IMG/VR virus record: IMGVR_UViG_3300027868_000008
Direction: 5' to 3' (one strand)
Length of the DNA stretch: 64,000 bases
DNA from: a virus
Shown here piece after piece: positions 1-8,850 of this stretch (position 1 is its first letter; every line of letters starts with the position of its first letter). The notes under the pieces are model-generated. The model was given only the letters and a program-made list of their open reading frames with translations, was not told where the DNA came from and did not search any database. A program made the position numbers and the translations under genes.

Positions 1-142
1 CGGCCTGCGTCGACCCAAAGTGGCTCGATCCGCACTTTGGGCAGCGGAATGAGCACATGCCTGCGCCGCCCCGTATGCGCACTACCGCATCAACGAGTTC
101 TTGCTGTTCAGGGGTTCTGTCTGCCATCCTCTTTCCTTTGTG

Positions 143-1741
143 CTAGAGTGTGCCGCGGTTGATTCGCTTGCCTGGGAGCCATACGGTGCCATCTGTCATT
201 AGCTGCGTCCACCCGCGTTGGTGGTAGTCACGACGCCTATCAGCGGCGCGACCACGGAACTTTGCATCCCAGCTGTCGTTGAAGTCAATCAGGATGCCAC
301 ACTGCTTATTTGTGCTCGGGTCAATGCGACATACACGACCCGGTAGTTGGATGTTAGAGGTCTCGCTGGCTCCGGCGTCTGCCCGGATAAGTACATTCAG
401 CGAGTCGAAGCTGACGCCGACGGACCAGACGCCCGTAGCAATGCACAGCATCAAGTCGCGTGACTCAAAACGCTGGCGTAGCAGGACGCGTCGCTGCGTC
501 GTCATTGCTTCATCGTCAGCTGTCAACAGGTTGTCACGAATGAGGCGTCTGCGCTTCTCGATGTCAGCCAGGGCGCCCTCGGAATAGCAGAGCTCTGCTT
601 CGGGAAGCACCTTTCGAAGATGCAACGCATGATCCAGTGTGTCTACAAGGATCAGCACCTGTTGGTTGTCTTCGCGGAAGGATCGTGCGGCGCCAGCAAT
701 GGTCTGGTTGCGCCACTGATTGCGCCAGATACCATGGCGTTTCTGTGCCACTAGCGAGCTGTACGGCGCAGCAGGGTTACACTCAATCTCCACGGGCAGC
801 CACTGCACAATGACGGGCGCCACAAGGCTGTTTGCTTCGGCCTCTTGCTGTGTCATCTCGAAGATGCGCGGGCCGAATAGCCCCTCCATGCGATGATGCG
901 CATTGTCCAGGCGCATATCTGGCGTGGCTGTGAACGTGTAGTTGCGCGATGTGCCGTAGTACGCCAGTTGCTCGGACAAGCGGTCAGTCATCAGCTCATG
1001 CCCCTCGTCGGCCAGCAGGAAGTCCGCCGTATGGTCCGAGTGGTGCAGGGAGTCGGCTGTGAAGACGGTCACGCGTCCCGGCCGCTTCTTGCCGCCACCG
1101 ACCTGGCCCACGCTGGGGATCCAGCGGGTCAGCAGGTCGCGTATGCGGCCCACCACGTCCTTCCTCTTCGTCACGATGTCGATCTTGGCCTTGGGGTACA
1201 GTACGCCCATCATAGCCATCACGTACGTCTTGCCGAATGCTGGAGGCGCAACGATCGTGCCGTAGTCATGCATATCGATCTGCGCGAGGCACGCATCTTG
1301 CCGGGGGCGTAGCTCAAATCGCTGGAAGAGCCTGTCCCATTGTGCCTCATAGATGTTCGGCGCCTTCGGCGGGTCCTTGTCGATGTACTCGACTGTAAGG
1401 CCCTGTTCTTGCAGCATACCGCGGATTCGCGGGTAGAAGCCCTTCAAACAGACGAAACGGCCTTTGGCGTCGTACTGGAAGAGGCGCCGCTTCTCGGCCT
1501 TGCGTGGCTGGTGCTCGCCGGTCTTCGGATTGTAGGCCTTAGCACCGAACAAGTGCGTGATGTGTGTGTAGATAAGAGGCTGCTCTAGCGCCCGGTACAC
1601 ACGCGGGTGGAGAGGTTCTTGCCCGTTCGCGGAGACCTCAATGAACGGGCCTCCCTTTCTAACTACCGCCGAATTCGCCATGAAGTCCTTGCATCGTCCA
1701 CCCATTGGAGGGTTGACCGGCTGCGCAGATAGCGGTATCAT
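143..1741 (-). CDS. SF2 DEAD/DEAH-box DNA/RNA helicase
   Basis: 532 aa ORF; Walker A APPAFGKTYVM, DEGH (DEAH-like) box LADEGHE, helicase C-terminal motifs. Confidence 0.8.
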   Translation of the reverse strand: MIPLSAQPVNPPMGGRCKDFMANSAVVRKGGPFIEVSANGQEPLHPRVYRALEQPLIYTHITHLFGAKAYNPKTGEHQPRKAEKRRLFQYDAKGRFVCLKGFYPRIRGMLQEQGLTVEYIDKDPPKAPNIYEAQWDRLFQRFELRPRQDACLAQIDMHDYGTIVAPPAFGKTYVMAMMGVLYPKAKIDIVTKRKDVVGRIRDLLTRWIPSVGQVGGGKKRPGRVTVFTADSLHHSDHTADFLLADEGHELMTDRLSEQLAYYGTSRNYTFTATPDMRLDNAHHRMEGLFGPRIFEMTQQEAEANSLVAPVIVQWLPVEIECNPAAPYSSLVAQKRHGIWRNQWRNQTIAGAARSFREDNQQVLILVDTLDHALHLRKVLPEAELCYSEGALADIEKRRRLIRDNLLTADDEAMTTQRRVLLRQRFESRDLMLCIATGVWSVGVSFDSLNVLIRADAGASETSNIQLPGRVCRIDPSTNKQCGILIDFNDSWDAKFRGRAADRRRDYHQRGWTQLMTDGTVWLPGKRINRGTL

Positions 1742-1787
1742 GATAGCACTTTGCTACCGGCCGCTTGTCTACAAGGTCGCAAAACTT

Positions 1788-1822
1788 AGCCCGCCCCGAC
1801 AGGCGGGCTATCTCTTTCTTTC
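1788..1822. terminator. GC hairpin AGCCCGCC-N6-GGCGGGCT followed by T-rich tract; possible intrinsic terminator between minus-strand genes
   Basis: 8-bp perfect stem, then ATCTCTTTCTTTCG on plus and AAGTTTTG on minus. Confidence 0.45.
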
Positions 1823-1982
1823 GTATGTACCGTGTGGCTTATCGCATGGGGAACATGCAATCCTAGTACGCCCAAATCATCCTGTCAATGGCTCGCCACG
1901 CAGGTCACAGGTGGACCCACATTTTGTATGCAGACGACCCGCTACCCACTAGGTCTTGTGGGTCACTCATCACAGGCATGGC

Positions 1983-2495
1983 TCATGCCTCCTTAGCTGC
2001 AGCATTCAACTTGCGTTGCATATGCTTGCCGATCATCGAGCGATGGTGCTCATGGCCAGAGTAGTCCGGACCAACGAACAACTCAGATACCGCTTCGCAC
2101 GTCGACGCGCGCAGTGTCTTCAAGCAGTCCTCGCAGCCCTGCTTAACCGCCCGTGCCAACTTTTTCGCGTACGCGTCGGTGGCCATGATCTCTGCAGCCC
2201 GTTCACGCGCCTTCTCGGCGATGACGTCACGGATCTCTGACCTGATTTCCCAGCTACCGATCGTCTTTACGATCGCCTCTTGTAGCAATGCGTCTCGCGT
2301 CTCGGTGTCAAGGCCTTCGAGTATCTGTGCTGCGATAGTATCCCGAACGGCTGACTTAATCTCCTCTGGTGTCATCTGTCTGCTTTCGCATGAGTTGATG
2401 TAGTTCGTACGCGGCGATTTCGGACGGGTGCTTGAAGAAGTCGGCAGGACGGAAGAGCGGCGCTTGCTGCTCTGGTGTTGCCTGCGACGCCGCAT
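1983..2495 (-). CDS. hypothetical protein (true start may be internal Met near 2376)
   Basis: ORF only; overlaps upstream ORF by about 140 nt. Confidence 0.3.
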   Translation of the reverse strand: MRRRRQHQSSKRRSSVLPTSSSTRPKSPRTNYINSCESRQMTPEEIKSAVRDTIAAQILEGLDTETRDALLQEAIVKTIGSWEIRSEIRDVIAEKARERAAEIMATDAYAKKLARAVKQGCEDCLKTLRASTCEAVSELFVGPDYSGHEHHRSMIGKHMQRKLNAAAKEA

Positions 2496-3420
2496 ATAGC
2501 TCGCCTAGCCACGTATAACGTAGGAACCTGATGAAGCGTTGCGACGCGCGCAGGTCTGCAATGACGGGATCTGGCCGCACATGCGGCTCCGCTAGCCCGT
2601 AACCCATACGCATACCCCATATACGCCACGCAAAATCGCACGGCGCTACGCCGGTACGGTCGCTGCCTTCCACCGGTATCGGTGTAGTGATCTCAAACAG
2701 TTTGCGTACTGCGCTCTGCTGTTTGAGGTCCTTCCAGCTATGTAGCACCAGCTTGCAGCGGCGGTGGTGGCGCCATTGCGGAAAGTTCGCCACGGTAACG
2801 CCTGCCTGCGTCTTTGGGTTCAGCCCCATTGCCGCTTCCAGCTTACACGAGCGATCCGGTGCGCAGCCATCGATGTACCAGCGCGGATCCAGGATCTGTG
2901 CGAGTAGCCCCGCCACCATCGTCGGGTTGATTCCCTTGATGAACGATAGATGGTGCCACACCGGATGCGCACGCAATAGTTGCTGTGCACGCGGGCTGAG
3001 CTTGCTGTCGGGCCGGGCGTGTCGGCATTGTTGTACCTCTGCGGCCAGCGCATATGCGTGGTAATCCGCAGCTACGACCTCGTGGAGGCCACCCTGGCTT
3101 GGCGCCAAGTGGCATATTGGCATGTAGAGCAGTAACGCCTCCGGGCGCTGCCGCTCTTTTACCGTCTTACAGACGAGTGGCGTAACAACCTTGACGCTTT
3201 GCAACTGGCCATCACGTTTCAGCTCGTATAGCTTCGTGATCAACCTGGCATTGCTGTGGGTACCCACAACATGTACACACGTTGCTGCGCAGAAAATAGG
3301 CCCCTCAAAGAAGTCGTGTATCGCCATCTTGGTGGGCTGCGCATAGCCATCGTGGTCCACGTACCATACGTGGTCGTTGGCAACGTGCATGCGTAGGGCT
3401 AGCGTGTCCGTTGTTGTCAT
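2356..3420 (-). CDS. hypothetical protein
   Basis: 354 aa ORF in operon context, 4-nt overlap with sbcC-like stop; no motif recognised. Confidence 0.5.
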   Translation of the reverse strand: MTTTDTLALRMHVANDHVWYVDHDGYAQPTKMAIHDFFEGPIFCAATCVHVVGTHSNARLITKLYELKRDGQLQSVKVVTPLVCKTVKERQRPEALLLYMPICHLAPSQGGLHEVVAADYHAYALAAEVQQCRHARPDSKLSPRAQQLLRAHPVWHHLSFIKGINPTMVAGLLAQILDPRWYIDGCAPDRSCKLEAAMGLNPKTQAGVTVANFPQWRHHRRCKLVLHSWKDLKQQSAVRKLFEITTPIPVEGSDRTGVAPCDFAWRIWGMRMGYGLAEPHVRPDPVIADLRASQRFIRFLRYTWLGELYAASQATPEQQAPLFRPADFFKHPSEIAAYELHQLMRKQTDDTRGD

Positions 3421-5558
3421 ATCGTCGGCAACGTGATCGTATGGTCAAACAAGTGTTGGATCCTTGGTTCATGTGTTACGAATAGCACCTGCAAGCCGCG
3501 CTCCGCTGATAATTCACGAAGGCGGGCGATGGCTGTTGGAAGGCAGCCCAGATTGTGCTCATCCAGGCCTGCCGTAGGTTCGTCCAGCACAAGGACGCCG
3601 ACCTGCCCAGCAAAAGTTGAGTTCACGGTGACCCGGAAGGCCATAGCCAGCACAATGCGTTCGCCCACAGATAGGCGCTTGTCTGGCTGCACCCTAACAC
3701 CGTCCAAGAAGCGCGCGATGAAGCCTAGACTCTCATCCATCTCCACACGGAACGGTGCCTCGAACGTCTCCAGTACGCTGTTCACCTCGTCGAGCATTGT
3801 CTCGATGTAGGTGTAGGACACCATACGTGGTGACTCATTACGATGGAATACCTGTCGTATGTTTTCCAGGTGTGCCACTGTTTCCCGTGTCCGCTCACCT
3901 TGCTGCGTAATGCGCTGGATGTCGTCCAGTTGCGCCTGCACAGTTGTTACGTTCGCCTCAGCAACAGCGTGTTGCTTTTGCAGCGCAAGCATGGCGGCAT
4001 AGCGCCGGCGTACCGTATCGCGCGCACGTTGTGCTGCCTCCGCGTTTGCCTTCGTATACGGTGGGCTCGTAACAAGCACTGCACGCGCCTCTTCCGTACG
4101 CGCTGCCAACTGTGTCAGTTCGCCCTCTGCCTCGGCTAGCTGTGTAGCATGCGTACTTGATTGTGTTTGCAGCTCAGTAAGTGCTGTGGCAAAACTGTCA
4201 CGTTCGTCAAGGCAGTTGCGCAACACTACACGATCAGTGTCTGGAAGTACCAGCTCAGCCAATGCGTTGCTACGTTGCTCGAGCTGTGCTTGCTCTGTCT
4301 CCCATGTATGCTGCTCTTGGCGGTATACCACCATATCCACCGCATATTGCTTACGTGCGTCGTCCCGTGTGCACAACGGGTCGCGTTCTTGCACGATAGT
4401 AGCTTGCTCGCTCAGCAGCGTTGTACGTCGTGCTTCTGCCTCTGCAAAATCTGGCATGCGCTGTCCGCACGTGGGGCAGTTATCGAGTGACTGCGACAGC
4501 GCACTGAGGGCCACGACCACGCGCGTATGCGCTTCCGTAAGCCAGTCCAATTGCTCCCGCTCGGCATCCGAGAGCGCCGCGCAGGGCTCCTGCGGTACAT
4601 CGACGCCGTTGGCCCATCGTTCGGTGTAGGCCTGTTGGTCCTGCGCAAACTGCTCACGCGTAGCCTTTGTTGCATCGTATGTGCGCCACTGCTGCAGCTT
4701 TCCTTCGGCATTACGTACATCGTCAGCCATAGCAGTTATCGCCAACGCGATGTCGCCGATGTCGGCCGTAAACCGACGAGCAGCTGCTCTTTGCGCAAGC
4801 ACATCATGCCTTTTGCTGCTTTCGGCTCCTGCTGCTTGCAAGACCGTCGCATTCGCCGCTGTGCGTTCGTCGTAGCCCCTGATAATGGCAAGCTGCTGAT
4901 CCATGTATTCGCTAGCGTCAACAACGTCGCGGTAGGCCAAGAGCTCGCCACTGAGGCGGGCGCCTGTCTCTGCGTGCTGCGCCAGTTGTTGACGCAGTTC
5001 ATCCGCATCCAACGTCGTGGTAGGCACCTCGATGTTGCTGAGGAACTCGCCCATTTGGCGCCAGACCTTCTCCGCCTGGTCGATACCAAACAGCGCAGCG
5101 AGTGCTGCAGCACGATCAGCAGGGCGCTGGTCGAACATCTCGTCGATCTTGCGCTGGCGAACGAAGACATAGTCTTGGATCTGGCGCTTAGTCGCGCCCA
5201 GGCGCCGCCACAGCTCCGCATTCATCTCATTGATGGATGATATCTCGGTGTCGCCGATGCATAAGAAATTGGAGCTGTTGTACTTGCCCACGGCCCGCCG
5301 TACGTAGATGATCGAACCGCCGTGCGATAGGTTTGTCTCCACGAACGACGGTGCATCGTCAGCAATGCCCTGGGTAATATCGTCAGCCTTGTTGCGATCG
5401 CCGCCGGCGTCGCCGGTAAGCAACAGCTGCAGGGCGCGCAGGAAATTTGTCTTTCCGCTGCCGTTCGGCCCCACGATGAGGTTGAGGCCTGGTTCCAGCG
5501 TGACATACAAGTCACGGTGCTGGCAAAAGTTCGTCAGTCGGACATCGCCGATGATCAT
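3417..5558 (-). CDS. SbcC/Rad50-like SMC-family ATPase (DNA double-strand break repair)
   Basis: N-terminal Walker A GPNGSGKT, long coiled coils, CPTCGQ zinc-hook-like motif, C-terminal VLVLDEPTAGLD Walker B/D-loop. Confidence 0.85.
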   Translation of the reverse strand: MIIGDVRLTNFCQHRDLYVTLEPGLNLIVGPNGSGKTNFLRALQLLLTGDAGGDRNKADDITQGIADDAPSFVETNLSHGGSIIYVRRAVGKYNSSNFLCIGDTEISSINEMNAELWRRLGATKRQIQDYVFVRQRKIDEMFDQRPADRAAALAALFGIDQAEKVWRQMGEFLSNIEVPTTTLDADELRQQLAQHAETGARLSGELLAYRDVVDASEYMDQQLAIIRGYDERTAANATVLQAAGAESSKRHDVLAQRAAARRFTADIGDIALAITAMADDVRNAEGKLQQWRTYDATKATREQFAQDQQAYTERWANGVDVPQEPCAALSDAEREQLDWLTEAHTRVVVALSALSQSLDNCPTCGQRMPDFAEAEARRTTLLSEQATIVQERDPLCTRDDARKQYAVDMVVYRQEQHTWETEQAQLEQRSNALAELVLPDTDRVVLRNCLDERDSFATALTELQTQSSTHATQLAEAEGELTQLAARTEEARAVLVTSPPYTKANAEAAQRARDTVRRRYAAMLALQKQHAVAEANVTTVQAQLDDIQRITQQGERTRETVAHLENIRQVFHRNESPRMVSYTYIETMLDEVNSVLETFEAPFRVEMDESLGFIARFLDGVRVQPDKRLSVGERIVLAMAFRVTVNSTFAGQVGVLVLDEPTAGLDEHNLGCLPTAIARLRELSAERGLQVLFVTHEPRIQHLFDHTITLPTI

Positions 5559-5809
5559 TTCGTGTCCTCGTAGTACACGCGTCGTGTTGCTAAATTACCG
5601 GCGCGTCGATGGCGTCGCCAGTCAGCCCTGGAGATGCGTCCGCGCGAGCCAGGGCGCAGTCGCGCAAATTGAAGGTCCGGCTTTGGGCACCTGATGGCCC
5701 AGCCACTAAGCAGGAATGTCGTAATGGCGTCGCTACGACTACGTCGTAGTGTCCATACCAGCGGCCTATCGCGCCAGACAACGATCCACCCAAGTGTGTT
5801 ATTCGTCAT
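5555..5809 (-). CDS. small basic hypothetical protein
   Basis: 84 aa; stop overlaps sbcC-like start as ATGA (translational coupling); composition weak. Confidence 0.3.
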   Translation of the reverse strand: MTNNTLGWIVVWRDRPLVWTLRRSRSDAITTFLLSGWAIRCPKPDLQFARLRPGSRGRISRADWRRHRRAGNLATRRVYYEDTK

Positions 5810-6146
5810 CGTCCGCGGCCTCGGTCTCGAGGTAGCCCAGCAGATCCCATGTCTGCGTCAGCGTGCAGTTATCGCCGGGAAGGACACTGGCAGCACGTAC
5901 GTCGCTGATTGCTTCGTAGTCTAGCAGCGTCCAGCCCTCCAGCACACTGAGTGCGGTGCTTTCTGTGATCCAGCGCTCCCACGCGTCATTTGGATCTGGG
6001 TCGTCTGGTAGGTCGTCATGGATGTCGCCACGTGCTACGACATCATACGCTTCAGCCAGCAGCTTGCTAAGCTCGCGCGACTCGTGGACAAGCGCCTTCG
6101 CTAGGCGTAGACACTTCGTGTGTGCGAGGTTGATTGCCTTGCTCAT
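5799..6146 (-). CDS. acidic hypothetical protein
   Basis: 115 aa ORF, D/E rich. Confidence 0.4.
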   Translation of the reverse strand: MSKAINLAHTKCLRLAKALVHESRELSKLLAEAYDVVARGDIHDDLPDDPDPNDAWERWITESTALSVLEGWTLLDYEAISDVRAASVLPGDNCTLTQTWDLLGYLETEAADDDE

Positions 6147-6370
6147 GATTTGCCCAGCCTTGCGGCTGCTTCCCTTTCTACGGCCTTCTTGGCCTTCTCC
6201 AGATCATCGAACGTGGTATTCGCCCAAGACGAATTCATACCCATGCCATAGTAGTACCAGGAACCCGAGCCTGTACGCTCGAGCGTCATTAGTACTTTGT
6301 TGCCCTTACACAGCAAAAGGCCTGTGCTTGGCGCGGCAGCAGAACGCCACGTAAAGCGATGCTTGGCCAT
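6143..6370 (-). CDS. hypothetical protein
   Basis: 75 aa ORF with 4-nt overlap to downstream gene. Confidence 0.35.
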   Translation of the reverse strand: MAKHRFTWRSAAAPSTGLLLCKGNKVLMTLERTGSGSWYYYGMGMNSSWANTTFDDLEKAKKAVEREAAARLGKS

Positions 6371-6400
6371 AATGGCCTCCGCGGTTTGTGGCTGTATACG

Positions 6401-6991
6401 CTAGCGCTTGGCGCGGTTGGTACGTACGCCGCGCGGCTTACGTGCGGTAGGTGCAGCCTCAAGGAGCTCAAGGCTATTGGTGATCTCAGTCCAGAGTGTT
6501 TCCAGCTTGATGTGCGTAGGGCACAGCGCAATCTGATCTACAAACTTGTCTGTTTTCACCTGGAGGTCATGCAGCTGTTTGCCGATTGCATGCTCACGCG
6601 TAAGCAGCATCTCCTCATGCTTACACTGCGCACGCAGGACAGTACGTGCGCCGCCAGGGTAATTTGGGAAATCGGTAGAGTTGCGCGCATGATACGGTAG
6701 CGGCTCATCACGGGTATCGACATCAGGGGCTTTACGTCCAGTTGCGCGCTCCAGTAGTTTTCCTTCAATACTGTCAACCTTAGCGTTCGCAAACGCAACG
6801 TCGGTGCGTGCTTGCTCTAGTTTGCCCATCAGCTCGGCAAGGTCAAGCCGGTTCTCTGCTTGCTTCTGTGCCTTCGCTACGATATCGCGCTTCCATGTGG
6901 GGTTCGCGCCGTTAAGCCGGTCGCGTATCGCATGCGAGTGCTTCAGAAGTCGCGTCTTGAAGTGGTCCTTTTCGGTCTGGGTCAGGCCCAT
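6401..6991 (-). CDS. hypothetical protein
   Basis: 196 aa ORF; N-terminus overlaps sbcD-like C-terminus so true start probably internal. Confidence 0.4.
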   Translation of the reverse strand: MGLTQTEKDHFKTRLLKHSHAIRDRLNGANPTWKRDIVAKAQKQAENRLDLAELMGKLEQARTDVAFANAKVDSIEGKLLERATGRKAPDVDTRDEPLPYHARNSTDFPNYPGGARTVLRAQCKHEEMLLTREHAIGKQLHDLQVKTDKFVDQIALCPTHIKLETLWTEITNSLELLEAAPTARKPRGVRTNRAKR

Positions 6992-8081
6992 TCATGTGTT
7001 CCTTGAAGATGTCAGTAATCTCTGTTTGAATGTCACGAGTGTTTGCCAGGCGTACCGCATCGTCGCGTACTTGTACGTCATCGGCATAGAACTCAGTAAT
7101 ACATCCTGTAAGGCCAGCACGCAATACGGCGTGCTGTCGCCGTGTTGTGTCGGCAGCCTGCTGCGTTGTCGCTACAGGGATTGGAGACAGGAACAGGTGA
7201 GCAGCCTGGCCCACTGTGGTCTCGAGGCGCTTTTTGGCCTCTGGTAAGTCAGCAAGGTACCACACGCGCAGCAGGTTGGTGGCTATGTTAGCGGGCACAC
7301 CTTGCTGCGGTCTACGCGCAGGATGATCCAGCCAGCCCGCAATGAATGCGTCTAGTTCCTCTTGGGAGTGCAACCGTGCCTGGTAGTAACCACGGCTACG
7401 GAGCGCCAACCGTGTGATCGACAGATCGTCGTTCAGGATGAGTGCGTACTTGTCCGGCGGCTCGCCGATATTCTGCATGCAGAGCGGTCCCGGGGACACG
7501 ATCATCTGTCGGCCCTCTTTCTTCACAAGCGTCTTGTGAAAATCACCGGTGATGATCATCTCGACGCTGTCGGGTACGTCTGCAAACCACGCGTCCCCGC
7601 GGTCATGCCCCAGAAAGTCCTTCCAGACTTGGTGCGTGGCCAGCACATTGGCTTCTGCCGGGACACCCTCAAGCGCCTCACGCACAAGCGCCGGTATCTG
7701 GTAGTCCAGAAAGTAGATCACAATGTCAGGGGCCAAACGGAGGAAATCGCCGTGCATATGCGTCGGCCAGCTGTGCAGTGCCGATAACAGCGTAGGCACT
7801 GCTCGCTCGTGTTGACCCTGTATGAAATGCACAGCACGCTCTTGCCGCTGGCACGTGTCCAGGGCTTGCCGCATCGTCAATAGGGCATCAGACTGCTGCA
7901 GCTTCTGCTCGAACAGGTCGCCGAGCAGCAGTATATCGCGCAGATCGTGCTCCTCAGCGAGGGCTAGGACCTGCTGGATACCCCATTCAGTGTCACCCCA
8001 CAGGGCATCGCGGCGGTACCACACACGATCGAGTTTGCGTACGTGCCAATCGGCACTGATGAGGGCTAGCGGTTCTGGCAT
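6912..8081 (-). CDS. SbcD/Mre11-like nuclease (calcineurin-like metallophosphoesterase)
   Basis: Motifs ISADWHV, LLLGDLF, ITGDFH; start chosen at MPEPLALISADWH; directly upstream of the Rad50/SbcC-like gene. Confidence 0.8.
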   Translation of the reverse strand: MPEPLALISADWHVRKLDRVWYRRDALWGDTEWGIQQVLALAEEHDLRDILLLGDLFEQKLQQSDALLTMRQALDTCQRQERAVHFIQGQHERAVPTLLSALHSWPTHMHGDFLRLAPDIVIYFLDYQIPALVREALEGVPAEANVLATHQVWKDFLGHDRGDAWFADVPDSVEMIITGDFHKTLVKKEGRQMIVSPGPLCMQNIGEPPDKYALILNDDLSITRLALRSRGYYQARLHSQEELDAFIAGWLDHPARRPQQGVPANIATNLLRVWYLADLPEAKKRLETTVGQAAHLFLSPIPVATTQQAADTTRRQHAVLRAGLTGCITEFYADDVQVRDDAVRLANTRDIQTEITDIFKEHMNGPDPDRKGPLQDATSEALACDTRPA

Positions 8082-8103
8082 GATTTTGTTCCCATGAACA
8101 AGA

Positions 8104-8469
8104 TTAGAAGGTCTCAAGCATGCGCGTAAATGCTGCCAGCGAGAGCTTCGGATCATCGAAATCGATGACGTTGGGATCCGTGATCTTACGCGGTGCGATC
8201 TGGCCTGGCACGTACGCCAAGACGGTTATGCGTCTGTCTAACAGCATAACCTTTAGCCCCTCTGAAAACGAGTCACGCATGTCAATGAGCCGTCGTGCTT
8301 TCTCCATCACAGCGTCGCTGGGGAGCTTGTCCCAGAAACCGCCGCCAAGCGCTGACTGCGCTGCAGCATTTTCTGCCCCATGCAAAGTCATTGCAATGGG
8401 CATCGCCTGCTGGTCAAGCTCCAGCGCATCTGCATGCATCTGGGCAAAATGGTGTGCGCCCATTATCAA
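8104..8469 (-). CDS. hypothetical protein
   Basis: 121 aa ORF. Confidence 0.4.
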   Translation of the reverse strand: MIMGAHHFAQMHADALELDQQAMPIAMTLHGAENAAAQSALGGGFWDKLPSDAVMEKARRLIDMRDSFSEGLKVMLLDRRITVLAYVPGQIAPRKITDPNVIDFDDPKLSLAAFTRMLETF

Positions 8470-8496
8470 TCCTTCCGTGTTGGGTGATAGCCTAGA

Positions 8497-8850
8497 CTAG
8501 CAGCGCTGCGCACGCATTGCGCCAGCAATTGCCGTCGTGAGTTGTCGTTTCGCCGCTACGGCAAGTTTCTGTGCCTGTGCCGTACTGCCACAACGGACAG
8601 ATTTCGGTGTTCCGATGACTTGGCCGCGGCCGGAAGCAGGCCAGTAATCCGCAATATGCATAGCACCGAGATAGAATTGCCAGTGTCGAAATGCTTTTAC
8701 TGGAAGCAGCTCCGAGGCGGGATCGGTCTGAACGATATGAATCCGCTCAAACGCCAGCTCCGTCATCAGGGACGGCAGCTCCCGTTGAGCTGTCGCCAGA
8801 CGCTGGTGACGGAGTAGCTTCTTCGACGTCGACATTGTGTGGTTGGTCAT
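8497..8850 (-). CDS. hypothetical protein
   Basis: 117 aa ORF, overlaps hldE-like C-terminus. Confidence 0.3.
   Translation of the reverse strand: MTNHTMSTSKKLLRHQRLATAQRELPSLMTELAFERIHIVQTDPASELLPVKAFRHWQFYLGAMHIADYWPASGRGQVIGTPKSVRCGSTAQAQKLAVAAKRQLTTAIAGAMRAQRC

Noticed and set aside
893-1588. Plus-strand ORFs inside the helicase gene (893..1312, 1059..1265, 1340..1588)
   Set aside because: Antisense to a well-supported helicase with clear motifs. These are typical high-GC spurious ORFs. The same reasoning applies to most other antisense ORFs in the track.
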